A program made the translations under genes and the position numbers. The notes beneath the pieces were generated by a model. The model was given only the letters and a program-made list of their open reading frames with translations. It was not told the origin of the DNA and searched no databases. 64,000 nt of DNA from Chrysomallon squamiferum. Lineage: Eukaryota; Animalia; Mollusca. The stretch spans positions 17,360,001 through 17,424,000 of the forward strand of contig CM022669.1 of assembly GCA_012295275.1 (NCBI GenBank), read 5' to 3'. How positions within the stretch are numbered: the stretch's first letter is position 1; every line of letters begins with the position of its first letter. Shown here one piece after another: positions 1 through 12,885 of the stretch.

Positions 1-579
1 GTTTCATTACTACTAGATTTATATTTTTATTGTGAAATAAAAGGTTTCATATTGTTTGAAAAAATGTGTTTGTGTGTTTAAATAACCTGCCCTAATGATT
101 TATTTACTAACATTCCACTTAGTGATTCATTGAAATAAAATTGAAATAACAAGAGCACATACCACCATTATTAAAACACTAGTTTTTGTTTTGCTTTACT
201 TTTTATTTTAAAAATTATTATTATTATTATTATTAATTTTATTATCATCACTGTAATACTAAAGGTAAACAAAATTCTTCTTAGTTTTGCTGAAAAAATG
301 TAGCATTTCTGTTTCATCAGTTAACTGCATTTAGTGGTTCACAATATAAACCAGGATTTTTATTACAATAATAATAAATAAAATGTTGCAAAACTAATAT
401 TCTTTTCAAAATAGTGTTTGTAATCAAATATCTAATAGTTTATGTATGTAAAATTATTTACAAAGGCAGATTTTTACCCATATACAATATACCTCTAAAC
501 TTACATATATAAATTAAAAAAATGCTGTTAAGTAAATGGCTATTTTTCTGTTGACAACTTAAAAATATACAACTCTTAC

Positions 580-704
580 CTGTTTACAATATAACCCTGA
601 ACTCTGTGATCATGGTAAAAGCGAATCTGTACGTACATTTCCAGAAGTTCAATGAGGTTTTGAAATACTTCTCCATTGAAAGAATTCATAGCTGAAGCAG
701 CCAT
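580..704 (-). CDS. Probable alternative first coding exon of the X11/Mint gene (MAASAMNSFNGEVFQNLIELLEMYVQIRFYHDHRVQGYIVN-R/S)
   Basis: ATG at 704, 41 open codons plus AG, then a strong donor AG|gtaaga at 579. Phase 2 is identical to the donor phase of exon 5512-5325. Confidence 0.55.
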
Positions 705-3286
705 TAAGGAACAGAAAATTTCTTCGGGAATTTGTATATTGTTATTTTAAGTAATGATAAAACGAAGTCCTCTTCCAGCTGAACCGGGTAGCAATACACT
801 GAAAACACCGTCTTGATAAATCACTCTGGTATTCATTATTGAAAATCCACAATATACCGCTGCCTTTGTCTATCTAAAACGATCTTTTTTTTTTCCAGTA
901 GATCAACAAAAATCTTATGACATTAAAAAAAATACATTATTTTTTCTGTCACCATGGTAACTGACAGCAGAATGCATAATTTTAAATTGTATAGCTTTTA
1001 TTTTTTTTGCTTTTTTATTTCCCTCTATAGGCCAAAGAATGCTTTATTTATCTTCCTTCTGATCAAATTGCAAATGAAGAAATTAATATTAAGCACAACA
1101 AAAAAATATGTAAATTGGTTTTAATTTAGAGCTTTTAATATATCACTGCTTCTTTACACTAACCATAAAATTCCTTAAACAACAACAATCTTTTAAAAAC
1201 ATCCGACAGTAAAACACAAAAAAAACAGACATCGCAGTTTCTTTAATTCATTATCCACTTAAACTTTAAGCTGCTTCTCTTTAATAAACCAAAGGGTGTA
1301 AACAAAAACAAAAAAAAAGTCCCACAGAAGATCTTAACCAAAAAAACCTAAATATTCACAAGTCTACACCTTCAACAGCAACATCTGCATGAAGATGCCA
1401 GCAACACAATTCAATGAGGTTTGTGTCGAGAAAAAGAAATATGTTGTAAAAGCAATCATCCCAATTCTTGTAACTGTCATTTAAGGTAATGGGACGAAGC
1501 TTAAGTGATAAGAGGGAGCTTTGAGTGGCTACAAAAGAAACCGAGGAAAAGAGAAAAAATCTGTATTATACATGCATTGCAGGATAAGCACAGGTCATTG
1601 GAGTAACAATGGGAGATGTATATAACAGTCCCAATTACAATTTATAACCGAGCAAGATTCCTTTCAATGAATACTGATCAGGTTTGCTGCTGAAACAAGT
1701 CGAGTAAACCCGAGCAACCCCGGTATGGACTATTTCACCGTGAGATGGCAACTACTTGAAAAGGTTTGAAACGAAACTTGAAAAGACAGAGTGAAGCAGA
1801 AACAAACATTTTAGACACTGTTCAGTGAGTGCGAAAGAGCTTTAGTCTTTTTAGCAGTTTTGGAAATAATTTATGAAGCTGAAGAAAACTAAAACCTAAC
1901 TGCAGTTGTACACTGAAAACTATGATATCAACATTAAAAAAATTAACATAAATAATATTTAAAAATGCTGAAATAAATAAAAAGATTAAAAAAAAAAAAA
2001 AAAAAAAAAACATTTAAAAACATAAAAATTTAAAAACTACATTAAATACTGCTGTAAAAATATTTATGTGCAGATATTTTTTGGACTACCATTCATTAGA
2101 ACAGATACTAAAAGCTTGATATACTTTATTCATTTGTGTACACTAACTTCAATATAATTTTAAAAAGCTGCCTCCATTTATCCATTTATCTTCTTAAATT
2201 CACTACTTTACCTATTTCGCTTTTCATTTTTTTTCTTTTTCTTTTTAAGTAAATATTTTTGAAAAAGGAAAAAATGTTTCTCCATTATAAAAAATATTTT
2301 TAAAAAAAAACATTCTTCTGAAATTATGCATTAATTGATGGAAAGAAGAAAGATGGGAAGAATGATAGATGCACATACAGACAGAATGACAGATAAATGG
2401 ATAGCATTTCTGGCACAAGGAAATCAAAAAGGTGGAAAAAAACAAATGATGATGGACAGACAATTTAACAGACATTGAGATAGACTGAATGGAGTAATAA
2501 GCAAGGGAATTATGAGATTTAACCTGTTTGATACATGGATATATAAACACAGCAATGATTCCAGCAAAACACTAATAAGATAAAGAGCCAGAAAGAAATC
2601 AGAAAGCGAAAAAATAAAATAATATAAAATAAAATAAACTTAAATTCAAAATAAAAAAGAAAAAGAAAAAACCTTCCAGCAAGTTAGTGCTGTTGTATCT
2701 TTTTATTTTTTTATTTTTTTATTTTTTGTTTTTGTTTTTACAAGGAGATGTGACGGATGAATATATATTTTTTTTCCATTGGCGTCGACTTACTTCCCTA
2801 TAAATAGTTAGCTCTTCATGGATTTATCTATGTAATTTGCTTTTCCTTCTAGATCTCAAATGATCATGTGCATGATTTCCTTTCATTTGTTTCCATTTTT
2901 CTCATTCTTTTGAGGCGAAATAAAGTTCATTTTAGGTTTGGCCAGATGCCAGTAAACTACTGGTGATCAATAAATAACAAAAGAGTGATGCCATTCATAT
3001 ACACAATTTGACAAGGACATACAGAAATGAAGATATGGAAATGCACGTGAATGAATTTCATTTCCTTCTGAAGTTCAACAATTAAGAAAAATTTCCTGAA
3101 GAGAACCAGAAACTAGGGACCAATAATATAGCAGAACTTATGTGATAAAATCGATGGTGGCTTGCTGTGTTACATACAAGCATACAAGCTATCTTTACTG
3201 TTTATCCTCAAAGAACATAAGGTTATCTAATTTTCTGTACTCCTAACCAATAATAAAACGCAAAACATATAGTACATGATAATATT

Positions 3287-3325
<39 letters not shown>

Positions 3326-5324
3326 CACTTTTACATAAACACTATCCAAAATAATTTTTAATATTAATAATTAACAAATTACAAAGGAGAATGTATGGCC
3401 TTTATCAAAAATAAATTTTGACTTAATTTATAAATTGTGCAACCAAATTATGATTATTTAATATGCATTTTAAAGCCCTATGCTTTTAATGGTTAATTTA
3501 ATTTAACTTCACAGACAGGATCACTGAAATAAAATATATGTTGCATATTTAAAATCTGATAAATTCTGCTTTATATTAAACTAAGTGTACATGTTTAGAC
3601 AACTTGTATTGTCAACAAATTTCAATAATTTTTTTTTTTACTTTAACACTACCTATCTTTATAATATATATATACAAGTACATACAGATAAACACAGTTT
3701 TATTCTAGTGTTTGAGTTACAAACCTAAAGACATATTCACAGAACATAAATAGTTTAGAAACAAAAATATATTACTAATACTTTCAGCAATTTCCAGTAC
3801 ACAGTTAATGATTTAGTCTAGATTCTGTTTTTCATCATCATACACTCCCATTATTTTGTTAGCTGCTATTGTTTACTCACATTGTCTTATTAATTAACAG
3901 ACAAAAACTTACCAATCACAACTCACTTAGTCTGACATCAGCAACACTGTTACATCCTTATTGAACATAAGAATTATAAAATATATATAAATATATATAT
4001 TAAAAAAAAATGTAAAAAAACAGTACTGTATATAGATCCTATAGAGAAATGACATTTCCTTTCAACTAATCACCAGGTGGCAAACAAAATCAATAATAAC
4101 CCTTGTTAATCACATTTCCTACTAAACATATTAGCATGCGCACATGAATGCACATGTCCATAAATGTAAATCAATTAAATATACTGATGACCTAGTGTGC
4201 TAATGTGATTACGCAGCATAGGTACACAGCCCAGAACACATATTACACAGGACAAAATAATTAATTTTATTTTAAAAAGATTCTAATTAATAATCAGATG
4301 GAGTTTATTTTTATTTTTATGCTTATAAATACTATTATTTGTTTAATATCTAACAGTGCATGGTGTCTTAGAGACATGAGATGAATATTTAGTTGTCAGA
4401 GGTGTATTGTTGATTTATTACTAATTATGTGACCGTTTTTAGTCCAAAAAGAATTCTGAAAAATCAATGGTACAGGTATGTTACAAAATTTGATTCCTGG
4501 TAGGGAAGACTCTTTGGTGGTCTGTGTCAAAAATAATAACCATGTCCTGGGAAGAGAAGCTGGTGCAGACAAAATTCATGAAAAAACATTTATTTTTAAT
4601 TAGATCATTTTCTGTAAGTACCTCCAAATTACATCTGTTGTGTGGACATTGATTTTTGCAGATTCTCTAAATTTAAACAGTTAAACATTAATTTTGACTG
4701 TTAACTTGTCAAACAGATTATTTCCTTACAGAACTTTATCTCCTGATCATGTTATGAATATTTTCCTTAATAGCTCAGTTTGATAGATGGCTTGTTTGTA
4801 TGGACATAACAAACACACACACACACAAACACACACACACACTACAATCAATTGCATATTTCTGAAAAATATAAAATAATTTGTCATATCTGTCAAATGT
4901 TTTAGTCAATAATGCCATGAAGACATAGAAAATGAAGCAAATAGATGCCTTCGTAATTTAGAGGTTTCTTATTTTACCATTAGTCTTTATTACAAAAGGA
5001 TGATGTTCTAACAATGACAATTTACACGAAAGCATATATAATGTGTTTAGGGATGTTGGCTCATATCACCTCAGCCAAGCCAACATTTAAATCAATTACC
5101 TATAAAATTTCAATGATTTAGATGAAATAACTGGATTATTCTTTTGGGGTTGTTGTTTTTAATCAGGTTGGTTTTATCATGGAGGGGTTGGAGGGGTTTT
5201 GGAAAGAGGGCAATGCCATGGTTATTTTTTTTTGGTAAGGATTAAGTGGGATTTTCAAAGCACTATCTGAGGTATTAAGACAATTATAAGCCAGGATAAT
5301 CTTCATTTAATTATTACTTCTCAC

Positions 5325-8300
5325 CTTCTAACCCAAACAGGTTCAGATGGAACTGATTCTTCTGTATATGAAGACTGTAAAGCAACTCCTTTGCTTCTCT
5401 GGATGGCTGATTTGATGTCAGCTATGGCTAAATCAAGAGCTTCACGTTTTGCCTTCAAGTCACTCATTATGGCCTGAGCATCAATGTCCTTGGGTTTGTT
5501 TTCTGATGACACCTAATAAAATGAAGAACATACTCTTAATGAAAGTTTTACATGAAAAGGTTTTTAATTTTAAAAAAAACTAAATAATAAAATAAAATAA
5601 ATAAATATACATATATATATATATATATATGTTAAATAGAAAGGAAAAAAAAAAACTAACTGTATAGTAAATATTATATTTCTCCTGATACACTGAAAGA
5701 ATAAATGATAAAGTTTTATAAAAATGCATCCCAATGGAACATATAAATTATAACACATCTGCTTGATATAATAATCATCCACAATGATTGGAAGTGCACT
5801 ATTAGTGATTTTATACACACACACACACACACACACAGAGAAAAACATCTGGTACTGAATGCATATACAATTCTAAAAGAAACAAAACTGATTTATTACT
5901 GATCTGTATTCTTAAGCAGTTTGTTTTAAAAAACAACAATATAGTAATAATATTAAATTAATTTTTTTTTAAATAACATAAAACCATCATCATTTATTAT
6001 TTACCTATTATTTTTCATAGGGAAAGATAAGCCATTATTATCCATGCATAAATTAAAATTTAACAGGCAACAGAACTATCTAATAAATTTGTTAAATATG
6101 TAGATATTAAGAATAAAACAATTAGGTACGTTTAAATTTACCAAACATTTTACCAAACATCTGTATGTTTCAGTTAATCCATTACAACTATTTAGTAAAA
6201 ATGACAAAAACGAATATGAATTGTCATTTTATGTCGTTAACTTAAAAACAGACTGATAACCGAACCAAAGACTTCTTTCAAGAATGTCCATTAAAATACA
6301 ATCTCCTTCTCTGTAGTAAAACCTGATGCAATAATGTCTTAACACATTGTTTTAATCACTAGCTATTATATTACACATGGTGCTGTGCTCTGTGACATGG
6401 TCTCTGTGACTGGCTAAAATAACTGTGTAAAGATATAAGACATTCTCTGTATATTTTATTATAACTTATTTTGGCTATCCTTTACTTATCACAGAGAGTA
6501 ATTTTATACATGTGTACTCTAATGTTCACCTTCAAATGAAAGGAAACCACGTTCTTTCATATTATGCCAACATGTAAATCTATATCATTATGCTTGAGGA
6601 AACTATATCATTAATGACATGTATTGTTTCTAGAACATGTATTTGAAATGTAATTATAGCTTCACTGTATATCTGTTATTGTTTCTGTTTACCAAATTAC
6701 TTAATGACTTTCCTAGCAATTAAACATACACTTAAAAATAAATAAATCAATACTAACTATACTAATAACAATAAATCATTAAATGTATCAATTACAGACT
6801 TCATTTTATTTTAATATACCAAATTATAATTAGGAGATATCTACATTATTCATGATTCATTCAAAGCATGAATTATGATACAAATAAAGATCTGTATCTA
6901 CTTAGCTATTTCACACGGTTATGTTACCATTATTATGATTTTATATTTCATTCACAAAGTACAGATTCATACAGTCAATAATTCAAATAGTCCAAAAAAA
7001 AAAGAGGAACTAAGGCCATTTGTAACCTTTTCAAACACGCTGAATTCATATTTCTTTGTATTTACTGCAGCTGAAATTTTTATATAACACAAAATTATAT
7101 ATGATCTCTATTATAGTACATTGTTTAAAAAAAATTCAAATCATATATAGTTAATTATACTTAATATAATATGAAAGTTCTTTGGGAGAAAAACTGAAAA
7201 ATAAAAAAAGTGCACCTAATAATTCCACTAATGGTTATTAATGAAAATAAAATCAGATCTCTAACAAATTTTCAAAAAAAATAAAATGTTTAAAAATGTA
7301 TTGTTGTTATATTAGCTTCATTCACAGCACATCTGCTTACCTTTAATCTTTTTATTTCATTTTCCATTTTCTGCTGAAGTCGTACTCTGTCCGAATATTC
7401 TTTACTGCCATCTTCTACATCGCTGGCCTGACTGCTGGACAGTCCATCGTCAACAATAGGCATCCCAAGGGTGGAACGGTCGCCATCTGAGGTGACACTC
7501 TCTACCTCTACGCTGTCACATTCTGTGTTCTCCGGTGACAGAGTAAAACTTTTCTTGTCATCAGGTAGGTAATTATCGGTTCCATTTAATGGAATTTCAG
7601 TCAGGGTGTCTTCATTGACTCGTTCCTGTTTGGTGAACTGGTCCTGCGACGACCGCTGCTGCAGAGTCTTCTCTGGAGATGTTTCACGGGAACTGTCGAG
7701 AGAAGCACTGCCCTGGCTGTTCAGACTGTTTCGTTTGAGATTTAGTGAATCATTTGAACTCGAGTAGGCCAACCTCATTCCCACATACGAGTTTCCTTGC
7801 TGAACACGTGCATATTTGACATAGTCGTATTCATTTTCAATGCTCAAGTTTTTTCGCGGCGTAATGATTCGTAGGTGATCTTTTGTGTTGTTGTTTTCAC
7901 TCCTGTTGTTTTCACTCCTATTGTCCACATCGTTCTGACAGCTGATGTCAGGTTTGTAGGATGAAGCTGTCTGATGCTGCTGTTGCTGTATGTCAGATCT
8001 GGCCATTTCTCTTTCTGAGCTTGAACCATCTCGGTCAGTAGCAGAGTTGTCATTCCCCATTTCCCACACTCTTCTGGCCAGACCAGGCGATTGTTTTCTC
8101 ATCTTTGGTTTAGCACCTTGACTGCTGTATGTCAGATCTCTGAGGTCTTTATCACAGGTTTTAATTTCTGTGACCCTTGGTATATTGTTCCTAATCTCCA
8201 GGCTGTTTCTTTTCTTAATAGTTTCATCTCTGTCAAAAGTGTCTCTAACATTTTCTGCTGAAGCTGCCTTCTGCCTAAGCTGAACTACTAGACTGGATGG

Positions 8301-8888
8301 ACAGTTCTGGGAAATGTTTTCATAATACTCAATATCAGAATCATCTTTTTTAATGACTGGAATATTACTTCTTTCTAAAATATACTCCACTTCAGAGTCC
8401 CTGTCTTCATTTTCTGGGTACTGATGCTTCCAGTTATGCACAGGTTTGGAAATCATCAAGTCTCTGTTCATAAAGCGATGAGATAAAGGCAGATCAGATG
8501 CTTCAAATCTTTCTATATCATCAGCTGGAAAATCTCCTTCCACCTCAGGCTGGAATGAGTCGTTGCTCTCATCACTGTCACGTCTAGAAAACATAGCACT
8601 GATAGGCTCTCCGTCATCCAGTAAGTTTTGATAGGATATAGAACTAATTTCACTTGGGTGTCGAGAACTGTCCTCACCCAACAGAACTTCCATGCTAATG
8701 TTATCTGTGCTATCATCAATCAGAGATTCTGAGAGGGTATCAGGGACAGTGGTGGGAGGTCCCAAAGATCCTTCTCTCGATGCACCAAGAGCTTCTCCAC
8801 CACATGCTCCATCCACCACAGTAGATCCATCTTCCATTTTACATGAAAGATGTTTGCTTACCATTGCATTTCCCTCCACAGTTGACAT
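5325..8888 (-). CDS. APBA1: X11/Mint/LIN-10 family adaptor (amyloid-beta precursor protein-binding family A), N-terminal coding exons 8888-7341 and 5512-5325; the gene continues beyond the left edge (PTB/PDZ exons not in window)
   Basis: Long acidic, Ser-rich ORF starting MSTVEG (ATG 8888) ends at AAG|gtaagc (7341). It is spliced via tttattag| to exon 5512-5325, ending AG|gtgaga (phase 2). That exon encodes AIADIKSAIQRSKGVALQSSYTEESVPSEPVWVRR, which matches the Mint1 CASK-interaction region as I recall it (IKEAIEEVK...SPYTPDEPKEPIWVMRQ). The paralog assignment is nominal. Confidence 0.72.
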
Positions 8889-10920
8889 GTCAATGATAAG
8901 GGAAACAACTCCGTAATTCACACAGTTAATGCTGCAGATATTCTGAAAAAATAAAATAAAATTAATGATTAATAAATAGTTTTCTCATTTCAGAATATTA
9001 CTTCAACAGGTGCAAAATATTATTAAGTCAATAAAAAAATAGTTTTTTAGACAGAAATTAAGAAACCTTATTTTGGAAAAAAAAACTCAGAATTCATTTA
9101 GCATGTTTAGACAAATTATGTAATTATCATTTTAGATTTGAGTAATTTAGATTTGTATCATTGTAACAATATGTTAAGACAGATTATCTAAAAGTTAATT
9201 AACTGCCACTTTTTATTCAAATTGGTATCTTTTAACAACAAATATCTTTTTTCAGAAGAAAAAATATACAAAAATAAACATCATTTTGAAGAAAAATGGA
9301 ATTGTAATCTTGTTATTTAAATTCTTATGCGCAACTTCTACACCGTCTCAGCTGTAACTTTTAAATTGTGTTCAACATATGGGATATGTTCACCGATGAA
9401 TTCAAAACACAGTACATTATATTTCTATAATTATAGAACATTATATTTCAATTGCACTTAATTATACTGTTTTATTTTATTTTTATTTTATTATTTATTT
9501 ATTTTTAAGTTTTGGGAGTTAGCGCATATTATTTCCATAATTCATTATGTATTCACTCTATTAATACAATGTACAGAGAGTGTATTACAATACATAAATG
9601 GAAATAGCTTTACTAAATTCTGGAAAATATTTTTAAACAACTTTTATTTCAGTTTTAAGGATTTATATGAACAGAAACTACCTTAAAATTTATCATCAAA
9701 ATTTTAAGGTAGTGAAAAACTTTTCACTTTGTTCTAGAAATATTTTTTAAAATATACATATGTAAACAGATATAATCAAAGAAAAACATACTTTTTTCTT
9801 TTCTTTTTTTAAAGTGCATCAATCCACATTATTTATGGACTGGCTATTAACTTACACACACACACTTCTTTGTTTATACAATACATATAATATATTATTT
9901 ATTTAAAATGATGATGATACTCATTGTTCCAAACACATGGTTATTTGCATGGAAACAAATTTGTCTTAATCCCTATGTACCACTTCAGTTTCAGAATATA
10001 CTTTTCCCCTTCACTGATTTGTAAAGTCAGTACTAGGAATCTTGCAATGTCATGGTATGGAATTCCTCAACTAACACCCAATTTTGTTTCAAGGAATTAA
10101 TTGTCATGTAAAATTTTCCATTTTCTTTACTTAAATTACAAATTTCATTTTATTCATCAAATATTCCAAAATATTAAACATGTGAATATTGCCAAAATTC
10201 CCAATGGAAATTTACTATCTTTGTTAGTTTTAGAAGAAAAAATATTTTCAAGAAATGACATAGCTTTTGTAATGTTGCATTTAAAAACTAAATTAACAAT
10301 TAAAAATAAAGATGCAGAAAATATGAAAGAAACGACAAAAATACTTTTATTCACAATGCTACATAAATATATCAAATGTTGTTTGAATTTGGTTATTTAC
10401 TTTTCTATAATAATAATTTATATCATGAAATAATTTTTTAACAAGATTTTAAACAAATGTAATACAAATTACCTCTAAGCTCACAATTTTTATTTTCAAG
10501 TATATTCAACAAACTAATTATAATTTACGTTTATGTACTAATTTAGAATTTAATTAATTTAATTATAATAATGTTGGCAAAATCAATTTCAAAAGGTTGT
10601 AACACTTCACATGTTCTGAATTAGTATTTCTTCATTCCTTAAAAATGAACAGTCTCTCTCAAAAAAAAAAATACTAACACAAAATTAAAAGAAGTCATTA
10701 GTATTCTAATTAATTTTATGATTCATCGAAAGAAGTTAACTGAGATTAGGTCACTTGGAGGAACGTAATGAACAGATGACAAATGGTACAGCATACTAAT
10801 CGATTATATTGGTCAAAAAATTAACCAAATAACCCAAATCGGAATATTGCACTTTTTATAGCAACAAATATAACAGACTGTATATAAAAAAAATTAATAC
10901 AGTGGGTGAACAACCCTTAC

Positions 10921-11000
10921 CTATGGATCATTTTTGTGGACAGATGACAACAGATGCGCCATAATATAGAAATGTCAGACATGATAATAACTGTGAAGAA
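10921..11000 (-). other. Probable first (5'UTR) exon of the X11/Mint gene
   Basis: Donor TAG|gtaagg at 10920; matching acceptor ttttttcag| before 8942. The upstream boundary is approximate. Confidence 0.5.
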
Positions 11001-12268
11001 AAGTGCTATCTTCCGATTAGTTTCGAATTAATTTTATTATACATTTAATTGCTATGGTATGTTTTGATGGATATCAAAATTATAAAAATTAATTACAAAT
11101 TATTTTACAATATAGTTGGAAGTCTGAAATTTATATTACGTAACAATAAGTATATAAATAACGTGGCAATATTAAAACATAAATGCACCGCTTCCAACCT
11201 GTGCTACGTCTCAGTTAAACATTCGCCTTCAGCAATTTAAGTGTTCGAATCATTAAATATTTCTAACCACTAATTTATTGTTACTGTATTATTTTGTTTG
11301 TGTTCTTCTTCTCATTTTGAAAATATAGACAGATATAGACGAAGATATATATGTAAAAATAATATTAGTATTTCTTTTCTCCTTAATCATTTATTTTTAC
11401 TGTGATTATTAGTTATTTGGGTTTTTTTTATATTTAATTTGTTGAAATGTGCTTTTTCAACGAAAAAGATTCCTCTTTTTTTTAAAAATAAAAATGTGTT
11501 CCATTTACCATCATAAAATTATCCTTCGTCAGATCAATTTTTATTTTTTGTAACTTTTTAAAATAATAATAATAATAAGTTGTACAGATTTCGCAATTTC
11601 TTTTTTATTTCAAAAGACAGTCTGCGTGTGTGCGCGCACACGATCTTTTTTTTTTTTTTTACCTTACACTAGGGAATAAAACTCAAAAGTCGGTTAAATA
11701 TATATATATGTCTGCTTACTTTTTCTAATAAAGCTCTGTTAATAGAATTTCTACAGTTATTTATCAACGTTTAGGGTGTGGGTGGGTGGATGCGTGGGTG
11801 CGTGTGTAATTTGGGATATGAGTTTGTATTTATATTAAAGAAAATATGCTTGGGTAGCCTATATGTATAAATCGTTCTCGATTTTTTCTGTTTGTTGTTG
11901 TTTTGTGTTTTGGGGGTGTTATCGTGCTATTTCGTACAAAAGAGTGTGTCTGTACGTGTGTATGGGTGTGTGTTTCTGTCATAAAATGTTTGCTATAATA
12001 AATAAATGATATGTTTTCTAATTGTATCTTTTCATCTATTTTTTTTTTTCTTTTTTCTTTTTTTTTTTTTTAAATGAAAATAAGCATTTCTTTAAAATTA
12101 ATTTGTACCTTTTTTTAAAAAAAAAAAAAAAATAGCAACAATAAAACACTGTTGTGCAAAAAAAAAATAAACAATAAATTGACTCATTTTATATAACAAA
12201 TCGGCAATACTGATAATATTTCTGCGGTAAGCTAATGGCTTATGACCCAAACTGTTAAAATTTGCTGT

Positions 12269-12307
<39 letters not shown>

Positions 12308-12501
12308 ATTGCCTGTCTGTCAGAGGAAGTTTCAGTACTTCGCGATCGTAGTTTTTATTATACTAATCATTTTACCTAAATTTTATAATGTAATCGTACA
12401 TTAAGCATCAAATGGCTGCAAAATCGTGAAGGATAGTTTTGTGTTTAACATTATATACATTTAATCTAAACTTCGCATAAAAAAATAATGATTGAAAAAA
12501 G

Positions 12502-12578
<77 letters not shown>

Positions 12579-12795
12579 TAGTTCTATGTTGGTCTTATGC
12601 ATTGTGAAATATTAATGTTTGTAACCAGCTTTCAATGTGTTGTGAAATATCTGTCTATTCTCTAATACTAGATAATACCAATACACTGCCTATATATATA
12701 TTATATAAAATACTATTGCCAAGAACAGTTACGGCTGGAGTTATTCCAAGTATACCACTTTGAACCAGTCAATCGAACAAATTTCACCACCTTAT

Positions 12796-12820
12796 CACGT
12801 GACTCATCTACGTCCTTTTT
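12796..12820 (+). promoter_or_regulatory. EEF2 core promoter: E-box CACGTG overlapping TGACTCA, followed by a TCT/5'TOP-type initiator TCCTTTTT
   Basis: cacgtg at 12796-12801, tgactca at 12800-12806, tccttttt at 12813-12820 (fits YYCTTTYY), about 70 nt upstream of the EEF2 ATG. EEF2 is an established TOP mRNA. Confidence 0.6.
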
Positions 12821-12885
12821 ACTCGGGTCCGCAGAGAGGACAACATTGATATCTTTTGCGTTGTCCAATCGAGACTCAATCCAAG

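Noticed and set aside
2788-2950. Donor-like gaa|gtaagt on the minus strand in the Mint intron
   Set aside because: Stops in the phase-0 and phase-2 frames and no other support; at most a UTR exon.
5321-5323. TGA as the stop of the left gene
   Set aside because: It overlaps a donor (AG|gtgaga), and the protein family needs downstream PTB/PDZ exons.
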